Below are positions 38,016 through 46,915 of a stretch of 64,000 nucleotides of DNA, in pieces. Every line of letters starts with the position of its first letter. Positions within the stretch are counted from its first letter, which is position 1. This stretch comes from a virus. Under the pieces are notes generated by a model. That model did not search any database and was not told the origin of the DNA. It worked only from the letters and a program-made list of their open reading frames with translations. The stretch spans positions 77,697-141,696 of the IMG/VR virus record IMGVR_UViG_3300025660_000003; one strand, written 5' to 3'. A program made the position numbers and the translations under genes.

Positions 38016-38527
38016 AGAGCGTCCTCTGGACCGAGGCAGAGGGAGCCTCGGAGATCGAAGTTGGCGTAGAACTCAGCATCCGGCGAGCAGGAGACGTAGC
38101 CGGGCTTGAGTCCGGTGCTCTGCAAGCCATACGCCCCCAGGGTGCCCAGCAAGGCCCCCTCGTTGCGCTTCAGCCAGGCGATGACCAGCGGGACCGTGAA
38201 GTCCTTGTGGGTCAGGACGCGGAGGGCCGCGAACAGGCGGTCGAGCTTGATGGTCTTGAAGGGCGGGTCGAAGACGATGAGCTTCGGCTTGTAGGACAGC
38301 GGCTCCGGGTGGTGGATGTCCCACACCTTGAACCACGGGGCTCCCTCGAACCGGGTGTCGATGTCGAGCACGGTCGGGGGGCGGACCTTCCGCTCCTCGG
38401 CCATGTACTCGCCGAGGCGGGGGCAGCAGAGGGCGACGGCATGGTCGTACTGCCAGACGAGCTGCCCGAGGCGGGCCAGGGTCGGCTCATCGAACCAGTA
38501 TTGCTCTCGCTGGTGGTTCTCTTCCAT
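38012..38527 (-). CDS. EEF1AKMT1/N6AMT2-like SAM-dependent methyltransferase
   Basis: EQYWF..CCPRL..LDIDTRF..IVFDPPF pattern. Confidence 0.6.
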   Translation of the reverse strand: MEENHQREQYWFDEPTLARLGQLVWQYDHAVALCCPRLGEYMAEERKVRPPTVLDIDTRFEGAPWFKVWDIHHPEPLSYKPKLIVFDPPFKTIKLDRLFAALRVLTHKDFTVPLVIAWLKRNEGALLGTLGAYGLQSTGLKPGYVSCSPDAEFYANFDLRGSLCLGPEDAL

Positions 38528-39009
38528 CAGGCCACCAGCCGGAGAGGCTTCAGACAGTGCTGGAAGTAGTCGCGGTACTTCTCACGGCGGGCCTTGGCGG
38601 CGGTAGTCGTTACGTCGTGGACGACGTACCAGGCCCTGTAGGTCATCTCACAGAGGGTGGCTCCGAACACCGCCTCCGTGGTCCAGACAGGGTTTTTGTC
38701 GTGGAACCCACTGGTGAGCCCGGGAACCCGCCTTCGGATTTGGACGACTTCACCGGAGCCGGTCTCCAGGGTGACAGCTTGACCCTCCAGGGAGACCCAG
38801 GCGTCCGGGCCGACCTTGCTCCAAACCGCCATCGTGGAGCCTCTGGAGGAACTCCAGCCGTCGAAGACCTGGAGCGAACTGCCTACGGGCAGCGCACGGA
38901 GACGGTCGGGCATGGTGTCGGCCAGGTGGATGCGGTCTTCCGTGCAGGAGGGGCAGCCCTCGCTCGGGTCGTCAGTCTCGTGGTCGCAGTTGCGGCAGAT
39001 CCAGCCCAT
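38527..39009 (-). CDS. Hypothetical protein with N-terminal Zn ribbon
   Basis: MGWICRNC..CPSC. Confidence 0.55.
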   Translation of the reverse strand: MGWICRNCDHETDDPSEGCPSCTEDRIHLADTMPDRLRALPVGSSLQVFDGWSSSRGSTMAVWSKVGPDAWVSLEGQAVTLETGSGEVVQIRRRVPGLTSGFHDKNPVWTTEAVFGATLCEMTYRAWYVVHDVTTTAAKARREKYRDYFQHCLKPLRLVA

Positions 39010-39011
39010 GA

Positions 39012-39440
39012 CTATCCCAGGACGATCAGTGGTTCGTGCGTGGGCATCGTGTCGCCGTTCGACATCACCTCGATGATGGAGTCGTGGACTCCCTCGCCGG
39101 GCTCGCACTTGAAGTTCGGGCTGGTCGATCTCATCAGCCGCATGGCCAGGTCTTCGTCGGTGGCCCAGACGATGCCCAGACTGGGCGTGCCGAAGATGGT
39201 CCCGTGCAAGGCGTAGAGCGTCATCGGCAGGGCGACTTGCTCGGCGTTGCGGACCCAGCGGTCCCACGTCAGGGGGGAGCAGTTGCCGAAGTCGGGGCCT
39301 CGCAGCTTGTCCATCCGCTGCCACCGGACGGAGAGGATGGTGAACTTGCCGTCGATGTCCATGAAGTCGATGGACTTCACCCGGCGGATGCTGCCGTCTA
39401 GGCGCTTCCACACCTGTCCTGTTCGGGGGTCAGGCCTCAT
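39012..39440 (-). CDS. Hypothetical protein, paralog of 39430..39654
   Basis: MRPDP..GQVWK..DG..WQRMD..TWDRW.RNAE shared with the neighbour. Confidence 0.65.
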   Translation of the reverse strand: MRPDPRTGQVWKRLDGSIRRVKSIDFMDIDGKFTILSVRWQRMDKLRGPDFGNCSPLTWDRWVRNAEQVALPMTLYALHGTIFGTPSLGIVWATDEDLAMRLMRSTSPNFKCEPGEGVHDSIIEVMSNGDTMPTHEPLIVLG

Positions 39441-39654
39441 CGGGGGCCTCCGGGGGGACGATTTCGGCGTTGCGAGCCCAGCGATCCCACGTCTTGATGG
39501 AGCACTCGCCGAAGCCAGGGCCGGGGAGGATGTCCATGCGCTGCCAGTGGAGGTCGGGCCATGATGGGCTGCGAGTCTCTGACATCCGCAGCACCTTGCG
39601 GATGGTGCCGTCCTTGTGCTTCCACACCTGTCCGACTGTGGGGTCTGGTCTCAT
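39430..39654 (-). CDS. Hypothetical protein (74 aa), tandem paralog
   Basis: Shares the MRPDP..GQVWK..TWDRW motifs with 39012..39440. Confidence 0.65.
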   Translation of the reverse strand: MRPDPTVGQVWKHKDGTIRKVLRMSETRSPSWPDLHWQRMDILPGPGFGECSIKTWDRWARNAEIVPPEAPDEA

Positions 39655-39655
39655 G

Positions 39656-39964
39656 TCAGCCCCCCAGGAAACCGAGGATGGTGATGGCGGCAACCGTGCA
39701 GACGACGGCTACGCCTGCGACGGCGAAGATGATGTCGGCCATGCCGCTCATGCCGCCCGTGCCGCTGCCGCCGCCTGTCGGCTGGCAGATGAACCACACG
39801 ACGACGGCGATCACGATGGTGATGACCACTCCGAGAGCCGGGAAGGCGAAGGCTGCACAGAGGCTTCCCAGAATCGCGGCGACAACAGCGATCCTTGGGA
39901 ACCACTTGCGAAGCCTTCGGAGCCCACGCTGCTCGACCGTATCGAACTCGGTGTTTCTCGCCAT
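39656..39964 (-). CDS. Small membrane protein (3 TM)
   Basis: Hydrophobic segments; TGATG coupling. Confidence 0.6.
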   Translation of the reverse strand: MARNTEFDTVEQRGLRRLRKWFPRIAVVAAILGSLCAAFAFPALGVVITIVIAVVVWFICQPTGGGSGTGGMSGMADIIFAVAGVAVVCTVAAITILGFLGG

Positions 39965-40383
39965 CAGTGGCCCGCCAGGGCAGCGGCTTCGGCGGCTTCG
40001 CCGATGGCCTGTGCGTGGCCCGAAAGCTGGTCGGAGAGCCAGAGCATCGTGAGGTGGTTGAACACCTCGGCGATGGTGTCGTGGGTGACTCCCAGCACGT
40101 CGGGGGAGGCAAGGTGGTCGTTGCTGGTGCGGTTGTCGGTCGTGATGTGGAGCATCCACTCGACCACTTCGACGGGTCCGACGATGCTCGGACGGGAGCC
40201 GAGGATGGGGATGGCCTCGAATGAGCCACCGTCGATGACGAGGTACTCATTGCCGAACATCTCGAAGTCGCCGTCGAAGTCCTGCTCCCGGACCTCGATG
40301 GTCGGGGGCGTGACGAGCACCAGGGCGAGAAGCGCCGTGTACTCGGCTGCGGTCTTCGACAGGGGGTCCATGCGAGGGCTCAT
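39964..40383 (-). CDS. Hypothetical acidic protein
   Basis: Downstream of the class-E motif at 40405. Confidence 0.55.
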   Translation of the reverse strand: MSPRMDPLSKTAAEYTALLALVLVTPPTIEVREQDFDGDFEMFGNEYLVIDGGSFEAIPILGSRPSIVGPVEVVEWMLHITTDNRTSNDHLASPDVLGVTHDTIAEVFNHLTMLWLSDQLSGHAQAIGEAAEAAALAGH

Positions 40384-40724
40384 CGGTGCTCCATTCGTCC
40401 GTGCGTACTACTGGTGGGTGGCGTCGTCTGAGCCCTGTACGCCCGGATCATGGCGGCCATGTGGTCTCTGGTGACGGTGTAGGCAGCCACGCTCCTGCTG
40501 CCCATGACGTTCCCGTAGGCACGGCTGACGATGTTGATCGTCTTGGTCGTCGGCTCGATGCGATTCCAGCCATTGTCCGTGTCGAACACCTTGTCGGCGG
40601 TCCTGCGGACCTTGGCGGGGGACCAGCTCAGGGCGGCTGAGATCTCCTTGATGGACATCGCTTCACCCTTGGCGATGAAGTGCTCGACAATCGCTTCCAC
40701 GGCTCTGTCTGAATCGCTAGGCAT
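40380..40724 (-). CDS. Putative HTH DNA-binding protein
   Basis: MSIKEISAALSWSPAKVRR helix-turn-helix pattern; GAGGAG RBS. Confidence 0.55.
   Translation of the reverse strand: MPSDSDRAVEAIVEHFIAKGEAMSIKEISAALSWSPAKVRRTADKVFDTDNGWNRIEPTTKTINIVSRAYGNVMGSRSVAAYTVTRDHMAAMIRAYRAQTTPPTSSTHGRMEHR
40405..40434 (-). promoter_or_regulatory. Class-E promoter motif (GTAGTAC variant) embedded in a gene 3' end
   Basis: GGCTCAG-N16-GTAGTAC. Confidence 0.7.
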
Positions 40725-40746
40725 GGCCCTGTCTCCTCGTTCACCC

Positions 40747-40817
40747 CTACTACTGATGAGCACGACGTTCTGAGCCCCAAAGATCGGGGCTCAGAACCGG
40801 GCAGGCGTCCGTAGTAG
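40747..40817. promoter_or_regulatory. Back-to-back divergent class-E promoter pair
   Basis: Minus copy 40747-40776 and plus copy 40788-40817, both exact. Confidence 0.85.
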
Positions 40818-40849
40818 GGGTGCAAGAGAACAAAGCGACGGAGACGACG

Positions 40850-41164
40850 ATGGGCTACCCCGACACGCAGCAGGTACAGGCGACAGCAACGGACGGCACG
40901 GTGGTGAACCTCACGGTCCCCAAGTACGTCCCGGTGAGCGACGAGCGAGTCGAGCTGTTCCGCGAGCTGTACCGCAAGCACGTCAAGACGGTGAAGCCGG
41001 ACGAGTCCTGGAAGGGTGCCTGCTACGCCATCGTCCCTGCGGCTCTGGTCGCTGACATGACGGCATCCATGGACTTCATGGGCAGCATCGTGGACGAAGA
41101 GGAGCCCGTCGAAGGCGGCATGGTGCGGCTGGAGAGCGACGGCTACTGGGCGCACGGCTTCTAG
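40850..41164 (+). CDS. Hypothetical protein (104 aa)
   Basis: GGAG RBS after the class-E motif. Confidence 0.6.
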   Translation: MGYPDTQQVQATATDGTVVNLTVPKYVPVSDERVELFRELYRKHVKTVKPDESWKGACYAIVPAALVADMTASMDFMGSIVDEEEPVEGGMVRLESDGYWAHGF

Positions 41165-41194
41165 GGCTCAGGACGACAGACGGCCCCGTAGTGG
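41165..41194 (+). promoter_or_regulatory. Class-E promoter motif (GTAGTGG variant)
   Basis: Starts right after the stop codon; 16-nt spacer. Confidence 0.75.
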
Positions 41195-41212
41195 CCCCGG
41201 ACGGAGACGACG

Positions 41213-41395
41213 ATGAGCACGAAGACTATCCACATCTCCTTCGAGGTCCCCGAGACGCTGGACACTCCCAGCGAGGTGCTGGCCTCTGCAAAGGAACTCC
41301 TGATCGAAGCCCTCCGACAGCACGCAGAGAACGAGAACTACGACTTCACCGATGAGCAGCGGGCGATCATGGCCGCGCTGCTGACGGAGAGCTAG
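41213..41395 (+). CDS. Hypothetical protein (60 aa)
   Basis: GGACGGAG RBS. Confidence 0.6.
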   Translation: MSTKTIHISFEVPETLDTPSEVLASAKELLIEALRQHAENENYDFTDEQRAIMAALLTES

Positions 41396-41917
41396 ATGAG
41401 CCAGTCCCACCGCGACCTTGAGGCCCTGTTCGACTCAGAGGCCCTGTGCGGTGCCAAGCAGCAGGCTCTCGCCCGGCTGCTGGCGTCTCTCCTGACGACC
41501 GACATGAACGGTCGTCCCTTCATCATGTCCCCCGGCGAACTTCGATCAGCCATCCGCATCGCGGAGAAGGCCGCTGATCTGCCGCAGGGCGACGGGGTGC
41601 TCAACCACAGGCACGCCCTCCTGCCCGACCCGGTCGTTTCCTGTGCCTCCGAGGACCAGCTCCTCATGCACCTGGAGCATCGGTTCCCCCGCGAGAAGCA
41701 TGTGGTGGTCTTCGACGGGTTCGACACCCCGGAGCAGGCCCGTCACTTCGCGGGCTGGTACTCCGGCTCCGGCGAGCAGCAGTCGGACATCTGGATGGAA
41801 GAGCACGCAGGCCTGTCCTTCGTGGGCACGAACGGCATCAAGCCCGGTCCCAGGCAGGAGGTCGTGGTCACGCTGCGGCTGACGTACCCAGGCTCAGATG
41901 AGCCTTCAAGCGAGTAG
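41396..41917 (+). CDS. Hypothetical protein (173 aa)
   Basis: Abuts the previous stop; codon bias. Confidence 0.6.
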   Translation: MSQSHRDLEALFDSEALCGAKQQALARLLASLLTTDMNGRPFIMSPGELRSAIRIAEKAADLPQGDGVLNHRHALLPDPVVSCASEDQLLMHLEHRFPREKHVVVFDGFDTPEQARHFAGWYSGSGEQQSDIWMEEHAGLSFVGTNGIKPGPRQEVVVTLRLTYPGSDEPSSE

Positions 41918-41920
41918 TAG
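41891..41920 (+). promoter_or_regulatory. Class-E promoter motif overlapping a gene end
   Basis: Exact consensus; 7 nt before ATG 41928. Confidence 0.75.
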
Positions 41921-41927
41921 GAGCACG

Positions 41928-42134
41928 ATGACCCGCCCCCACCACAGCACCGTCGCCGGACAGAAGGACATGCTGCGGACCGCCACAGAGCGGACCGCTG
42001 ATGTCTGCCGGACCTTCAACGAGATCCAGACCGGGCCGAACCCCATCACGCCCGTCGAGATCCGAGCCCTCATCACGAAGCGTCCGGGCGTCTATGGCGT
42101 CCTGGAAGCCCACGCATCCCCCAGGAGCCTCTGA
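41928..42134 (+). CDS. Hypothetical protein (68 aa)
   Basis: AGGAG RBS. Confidence 0.55.
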   Translation: MTRPHHSTVAGQKDMLRTATERTADVCRTFNEIQTGPNPITPVEIRALITKRPGVYGVLEAHASPRSL

Positions 42135-42346
42135 TGCTCGCAGTCCTCAGCTACCTGCTCCCCAAGCCCCTCTCGGGTAACGAGTACCTCTCCCCCAAGG
42201 GCGAGAGGCTCACGGTGAAGACCATCCTGACCACGACGCGGGGCGTCTTCGTCGCCGTCTCCGGTCGAGGGCTCAACTCGTACAACATCCCCCTGGTGAA
42301 GTTCACGCTCCGCTACGGCCGCGTCATCTCGGACCGGACCGTCTGA
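42134..42346 (+). CDS. Hypothetical protein (70 aa)
   Basis: TGATG coupling. Confidence 0.55.
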   Translation: MLAVLSYLLPKPLSGNEYLSPKGERLTVKTILTTTRGVFVAVSGRGLNSYNIPLVKFTLRYGRVISDRTV

Positions 42347-42711
42347 TGATCGTCCGGTGTACCTACTGCCAGGGCAAGTTCGAGTCCAAGGAGGCTCTCA
42401 AGGCCCACAACCCCGGAGTGATGGCCTGCAAGGACTCCCTCGGCCCCATCACCGATGACCGCGAGGTCACGATGACCTACGGCGAGTTGCGCGAGCTGAC
42501 CCGTCTGATTCAGGAACGCAACGAGGTGAAGCGCGTCGAGGGCCATGCCGACTTCGGGACGCCCACGGTGTCGGCCGACATCGGAGGCGAGCAGGTCGAG
42601 ATCCCCGCTCAGATCGTCTCGCAGTACATGGGACAGCGGCGGATGGCCCTGGACGACAAGATCCGCCTCTTCGGCGTCGAGCCGCAGACCTTCTGGAGAA
42701 ACGAACGATGA
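42346..42711 (+). CDS. Hypothetical protein with N-terminal Zn-finger-like motif
   Basis: CTYCQGKFESKEALKAH. Confidence 0.6.
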   Translation: MIVRCTYCQGKFESKEALKAHNPGVMACKDSLGPITDDREVTMTYGELRELTRLIQERNEVKRVEGHADFGTPTVSADIGGEQVEIPAQIVSQYMGQRRMALDDKIRLFGVEPQTFWRNER

Positions 42712-43175
42712 CCACCCCCATCCTCGCCTTCCTCGGTGGTTCCGGGCTCGACAACGCGGGCCGCACCTGGGCCAGCTACTTCGACTTCGATGACGCCGCG
42801 TGGGAGGAGTGCCACCAGCACATCCAGTGGATGTTCCCGCTGCCCGAAGCATCGAAGATGCAGCCGTCCAGCCCCATCGCCACCCAGGCCGACTACGACG
42901 AGATCGCCGGGAGCCCCATCCTGCGAGCCAAGATGGTGATGAGCCTCTGTCGCTACCTCCTGTTCCTGCACCGGACCTCGCAGTGGCGGGTGGCTCGCGA
43001 CCACAACCACCTCCGCATCACCCGCGTCATCCGCTGCCTGTCGTGGTGCGGGCTGAACGATCAGGCCATCGACTTCTGTGACTACGTGGTCGGCCAGGTC
43101 GGGGACATCGTCGGCAAGCGGACGGTCTGGTACTGGGAAGAGGCCCTCAAGCGCGACCCGGCGTGGCTGGACTGA
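42708..43175 (+). CDS. OGFr_N (opioid growth factor receptor conserved region) domain protein
   Basis: WEECHQHIQWMFPLPEAS and DHNHLRITRVIRCL signature motifs. Confidence 0.75.
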   Translation: MTTPILAFLGGSGLDNAGRTWASYFDFDDAAWEECHQHIQWMFPLPEASKMQPSSPIATQADYDEIAGSPILRAKMVMSLCRYLLFLHRTSQWRVARDHNHLRITRVIRCLSWCGLNDQAIDFCDYVVGQVGDIVGKRTVWYWEEALKRDPAWLD

Positions 43176-43690
43176 TGGAGCCCCGTCGCATCAAGGTCCA
43201 CGAACTTCGCACGGGGGACACCTTCCGGTTCGACCCGGAGCCCTGGTACGGCTCCGGTGTGCTCCGTGAGCCAGTCAGCATCCGCTACGAAGAGAACCCG
43301 GCGGACCCGACCGGACCGACGATCCCCGTGGCTCCGACCCGCCTGAAGGACATCCATCATCCGGGCGTCCCCCACGGCTGGGTTCAGAAGGCCGACCTGG
43401 TGAAAGTCGAGTTCGACAACCTCAAGGTCGTCAACCCGCCCGGCGTCAACTACATGCGCTGCGACATCGAGGTGGTCCTCCTGGACCGGCCCCCCATGAC
43501 GCAGGAACAGTGGCTCAGAGCGTTCCCCGCCCGCGTAGTGACTGAGAAGCCGGTGGACCCGCTGGCCTTTGCCAGCGACCAGTGGACCGTCGAGCAGGCC
43601 AAGGACCATCGAGAGCAAGAGAGCGAGCACGGCGGCATGGAAGTCGTCAGGTTCGAGGACACGTACTACCTGGTGTGGAGCGACGAATGA
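43175..43690 (+). CDS. Hypothetical protein (171 aa)
   Basis: Coupled start/stop. Confidence 0.55.
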   Translation: MEPRRIKVHELRTGDTFRFDPEPWYGSGVLREPVSIRYEENPADPTGPTIPVAPTRLKDIHHPGVPHGWVQKADLVKVEFDNLKVVNPPGVNYMRCDIEVVLLDRPPMTQEQWLRAFPARVVTEKPVDPLAFASDQWTVEQAKDHREQESEHGGMEVVRFEDTYYLVWSDE

Positions 43691-44670
43691 GCAGCCCGAC
43701 CCCCGAGATCGTCATCACCGTGGGCTACCCCGGCTCCGGCAAGGGCACCTACGTCAAGCCGCTGCTCGCAGCGGGCTACCAGTGCTTCAACCGCGACACG
43801 GTGGGAGGCTCGACCAGCAAGACCGACAGCCTCATCTACCGGGCTGCCCGAGCAGCCCACGCCGCCGGGTGCCGCCAGTTCGTGTTCGACAACACCTACG
43901 GCACCATCGCCTCCCGCGAGCCCGTCATCGCGCTCGGCAAGGAGCTGGGAATCCCCGTCAGCGTGCTCTGGCTCCAGACGACCCTGGAGCAGGCACAGGT
44001 CTTCGCCTCGCGTCGGCAGGTCCAGCAGACCGGCGGACTGCTCCGCAAGGCCGAGTACAAGGCCCACCGTGGCAACCCCAACATGTTCCCGCCCGGAGCG
44101 CAGTACGCCTACCGCAAGCGGTTCGAGCAGCCGACCCTGGCCGAGGGCTTCGCCGTCATCACGGCGGTCGAGATCGAAACCGTCTGGGGGCCGGAGTACA
44201 CGAACCGGGCCGTCATCCTCGACCTCGACGGCACCGTCCGGGTGGTCCCGGACGAGAAGGTCTGCCCGTGGCCCCGCACCACCGCAGAGGTCACCATCCT
44301 CGACGGCTGTGGGGCGCTCCTCCAGCGCAAGCAGCGCGAGGGGTTCCTGATCCTCGGTGCGACCAACCAGAGTGGTGCGAGCCGCAAGCCGGACGACGAG
44401 AAGTACGTCAGCGAGGCGAACATCGAGGCGTGCATCCAGGCCACCAGCGACGGCCTGGGGGTGGACATCGACTGCCTGTACTCGACCGACCGGGGTGGCC
44501 CGCCGTCGAGCTTCTGGCGGAAGCCCTGTCCCGGCATGGGCGTCGTGCTCATCGAGAAGTACAAGCTCGACCCGAGCAAGTGCATCTACGTCGGTGACAT
44601 GACCAGCGACAAGACCTTCGCCGAGCGGTGCGGCTTCCAGTTCGCCTGGGCCGCCGACTACTTCCGATAG
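43687..44670 (+). CDS. Polynucleotide kinase-phosphatase (P-loop kinase + HAD)
   Basis: GYPGSGKGT, FDNT, then LDLDGT, TNQSG, RKPCPGM, YVGD. Confidence 0.85.
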   Translation: MSSPTPEIVITVGYPGSGKGTYVKPLLAAGYQCFNRDTVGGSTSKTDSLIYRAARAAHAAGCRQFVFDNTYGTIASREPVIALGKELGIPVSVLWLQTTLEQAQVFASRRQVQQTGGLLRKAEYKAHRGNPNMFPPGAQYAYRKRFEQPTLAEGFAVITAVEIETVWGPEYTNRAVILDLDGTVRVVPDEKVCPWPRTTAEVTILDGCGALLQRKQREGFLILGATNQSGASRKPDDEKYVSEANIEACIQATSDGLGVDIDCLYSTDRGGPPSSFWRKPCPGMGVVLIEKYKLDPSKCIYVGDMTSDKTFAERCGFQFAWAADYFR

Positions 44671-44673
44671 CCG

Positions 44674-44925
44674 ATGGGGGAGCGCACCTACTTCTGCAAC
44701 AGCAAGGACGGCGGGCTGACCCTCCCGGCGAATGCCGAGTCGGTCCGCCTGATCGAGCACACGCGGGGGATGCTCGCGCAAGCGGCTGAAGCCCGCGACC
44801 GTGCCAACACCGTCATCACCGAGTACACGGCTGGGTGCAAGCACCCGTTCTTCTACGACGAGCCCGGCCACCCCCACGACATCCGCCACTGTGCCGCGTG
44901 CAACGCCATCATCGGGACCATCTGA
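44674..44925 (+). CDS. Hypothetical protein (83 aa)
   Basis: C/H motif CKH..CAAC. Confidence 0.55.
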   Translation: MGERTYFCNSKDGGLTLPANAESVRLIEHTRGMLAQAAEARDRANTVITEYTAGCKHPFFYDEPGHPHDIRHCAACNAIIGTI

Positions 44926-45077
44926 TGCTCCGGGAGCTGGCCATCATCGGAGGCGTCTGTGCCCTAGGAGTGGTGCTGATGCTGCTAGGGCTCCCCCAGG
45001 ACTGGTGGGTCTTCATCGTCGTCGCCGTCGTGGTCTGGCAAGTGGTCCGGGCCATCCGACAGAATCGAGACACCTGA
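44925..45077 (+). CDS. Small membrane protein (50 aa)
   Basis: Two hydrophobic helices; TGATG coupling. Confidence 0.5.
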   Translation: MLRELAIIGGVCALGVVLMLLGLPQDWWVFIVVAVVVWQVVRAIRQNRDT

Positions 45078-45448
45078 TGCCGCAGATCACAGTCCTTCGA
45101 CGCGACGGCAAGCTCTACGTCCGGCTCGGCCTCGTGACGGGGCCGCACGACGGCGAGAACTTCTCCCCGGAGCTGATGGCGACCTTCCGCGAGGTCAACC
45201 ACCTGGAGAAGGGCATCTGCCCCTCCGTCAACGGCGACTGGTTCACGAAGGACTGGCCGTTCCTCCCCGGCAAGCCCCAGGAGCCCGGTGCCTACTGGAT
45301 TCTGTTCAGCCACGGCTGGCGTCTGGCTGAGGTTTTCGAGGCGCAGGGGAGCCTCTGGTACTCGAAGACCGGCCATGGTCGCCCCGCCCCGCTCCGGGGC
45401 ACCATCATCCGGGGCTACCTCCCCATCGAGACGCCCGAGGACTGCTGA
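45077..45448 (+). CDS. Hypothetical protein (123 aa)
   Basis: TGATG coupling. Confidence 0.55.
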   Translation: MPQITVLRRDGKLYVRLGLVTGPHDGENFSPELMATFREVNHLEKGICPSVNGDWFTKDWPFLPGKPQEPGAYWILFSHGWRLAEVFEAQGSLWYSKTGHGRPAPLRGTIIRGYLPIETPEDC

Positions 45449-45627
45449 TGGCAGGTACGACCCTCCGGGCTGGTGACTGCTGGACCTGTGATCGGAGCAG
45501 GCCCCCGATCCCCATCGGGTCGCCGCCGGAGTCCTGCAAGACCCAGGAGCCCACGCGGGAGTGGCTGCGGTGCTTCCGCAAGAATCGCCAGCAGAACAAG
45601 CCCTGCCCCGACTGGAGACGTGAGTGA
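45448..45627 (+). CDS. Small Cys-rich protein (59 aa)
   Basis: Fills the gap with TGATG coupling at both ends; CWTC..C..C..CPDW. Confidence 0.5.
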   Translation: MAGTTLRAGDCWTCDRSRPPIPIGSPPESCKTQEPTREWLRCFRKNRQQNKPCPDWRRE

Positions 45628-45860
45628 TGGATGAGCCCGAAGAGGTGAATACCCTCCCTGCTGACGCGACGCATATTGTTCTCGTCTACTACCCGGACCC
45701 CCCAGGCTGGATGGATTGCAGCGGCCCCATCACGCTCGTACACGCGAGGGCCGAGTTCCAGTCCCACACCGACAATGGGAAGGCCCTCACAACCCCCGAG
45801 GAAGGCACCTACTTCAAGGTCTGGGACATCTCAGACCCAGACCTGCCGGAGTACACCTGA
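45627..45860 (+). CDS. Hypothetical protein (77 aa)
   Basis: Coupled; weak similarity to the 46616 product (GWMD..P). Confidence 0.5.
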   Translation: MDEPEEVNTLPADATHIVLVYYPDPPGWMDCSGPITLVHARAEFQSHTDNGKALTTPEEGTYFKVWDISDPDLPEYT

Positions 45861-46069
45861 TGGCTGGTGAGCCCGCACCACCCCTCCGCATAGGCGACAA
45901 CCTCGTGGGCTACTGCGCTGGTGTCTTCGGACGTGACGCCTACGGCGAGAAGCGCGTCGAGGCCATCGGCTGCGACTGGGTCATCGCCCGGGAGCCTGAT
46001 GGTCAGATCCGCATGTACGAGGGACCGCCCGAGTACCTGTGTCAGTTCGTGGTGAAGGGGAAGCGGTGA
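45860..46069 (+). CDS. Hypothetical protein (69 aa)
   Basis: GYCAGVFGRDAYGEKRVEAIGCDWVIARE. Confidence 0.55.
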   Translation: MAGEPAPPLRIGDNLVGYCAGVFGRDAYGEKRVEAIGCDWVIAREPDGQIRMYEGPPEYLCQFVVKGKR

Positions 46070-46623
46070 GAAAGCTGGTCCTCATCGACATGGACGAGGT
46101 GCTGGTGGAGTTCGTGCGCCCCTGGATGCTGGAGTACCGCCCGACCCTGCCCTACGCCGCGTTCCTGCTAGACGACTGGAAGGGGGCACGCAACGTCCAG
46201 GACCGCCTGGGGATGCCCCAGGACGAGTGGTGGGCTCTGTGCAGCGCCCTGACCGTCGAGTGGTGGGCGGACCTCCCCTGGACGACCTGGGGCCGCGACC
46301 TGCTGGATCTCGTGGAGGGCTTCGGGGTGGAGTGGGCTCTGCTCTCGGCTCCGGGCCTCTGCCCGAACTCCGCGACCGGCAAGGTGCTGTGGGTCGAGAA
46401 GAACCTGGGCGACCAGTCGAAGCTCATCCTGGCGAACCGGAAGGAGCTGCTGGCCCGACCCGGTGTGCTCCTCATCGACGACATGCACCACAACGTCGAT
46501 CGGTTCCGTGCGAATGGCGGTCAGGCCACCCTGGTCCCGCAACCCTGGAACGACGAAACCCGCGACCCACTGGAGTGCGTTCGCGTTGCTCTGTGGCAGC
46601 TCATGGAGGCCCCCTGTGGCTGA
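46066..46623 (+). CDS. 5'(3')-deoxyribonucleotidase-like HAD protein
   Basis: LIDMDEVLVEF, GKVLWV, LLIDD, VPQPWN. Confidence 0.8.
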   Translation: MRKLVLIDMDEVLVEFVRPWMLEYRPTLPYAAFLLDDWKGARNVQDRLGMPQDEWWALCSALTVEWWADLPWTTWGRDLLDLVEGFGVEWALLSAPGLCPNSATGKVLWVEKNLGDQSKLILANRKELLARPGVLLIDDMHHNVDRFRANGGQATLVPQPWNDETRDPLECVRVALWQLMEAPCG

Positions 46624-46858
46624 CGAGCCCCTTGACGTAGAAGCAACCACCCACCCGCAGTTCATCGTTCGGCTCTACGACATGTTCGATGGCTGGATGG
46701 ACATCAGCAAGCCGATCCCGAAGGAGGAGGCCGACGAGCTGCTGGCCGAGAAGACCAAGAACGGCACGCAGAACACGAAGTACGCGGACGGCGACTACTA
46801 CGCGATCTTCCCGGCCGACACGAAGATGCTCCACACGCCGGAGTTCAGAGGCCGCTGA
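46616..46858 (+). CDS. Hypothetical protein (80 aa)
   Basis: GGAGG RBS; VRLYDMFDGWMDI. Confidence 0.55.
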   Translation: MADEPLDVEATTHPQFIVRLYDMFDGWMDISKPIPKEEADELLAEKTKNGTQNTKYADGDYYAIFPADTKMLHTPEFRGR

Positions 46859-46864
46859 TTCGAG

Positions 46865-46894
46865 GGATCAGAATCCCGAAGTTGTCCGTAGTAG
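46865..46894 (+). promoter_or_regulatory. Class-E promoter motif (GGATCAG variant)
   Basis: GGATCAG-N16-GTAGTAG, intergenic. Confidence 0.75.
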
Positions 46895-46915
46895 GCATGA
46901 AGGGACGACGAGACC

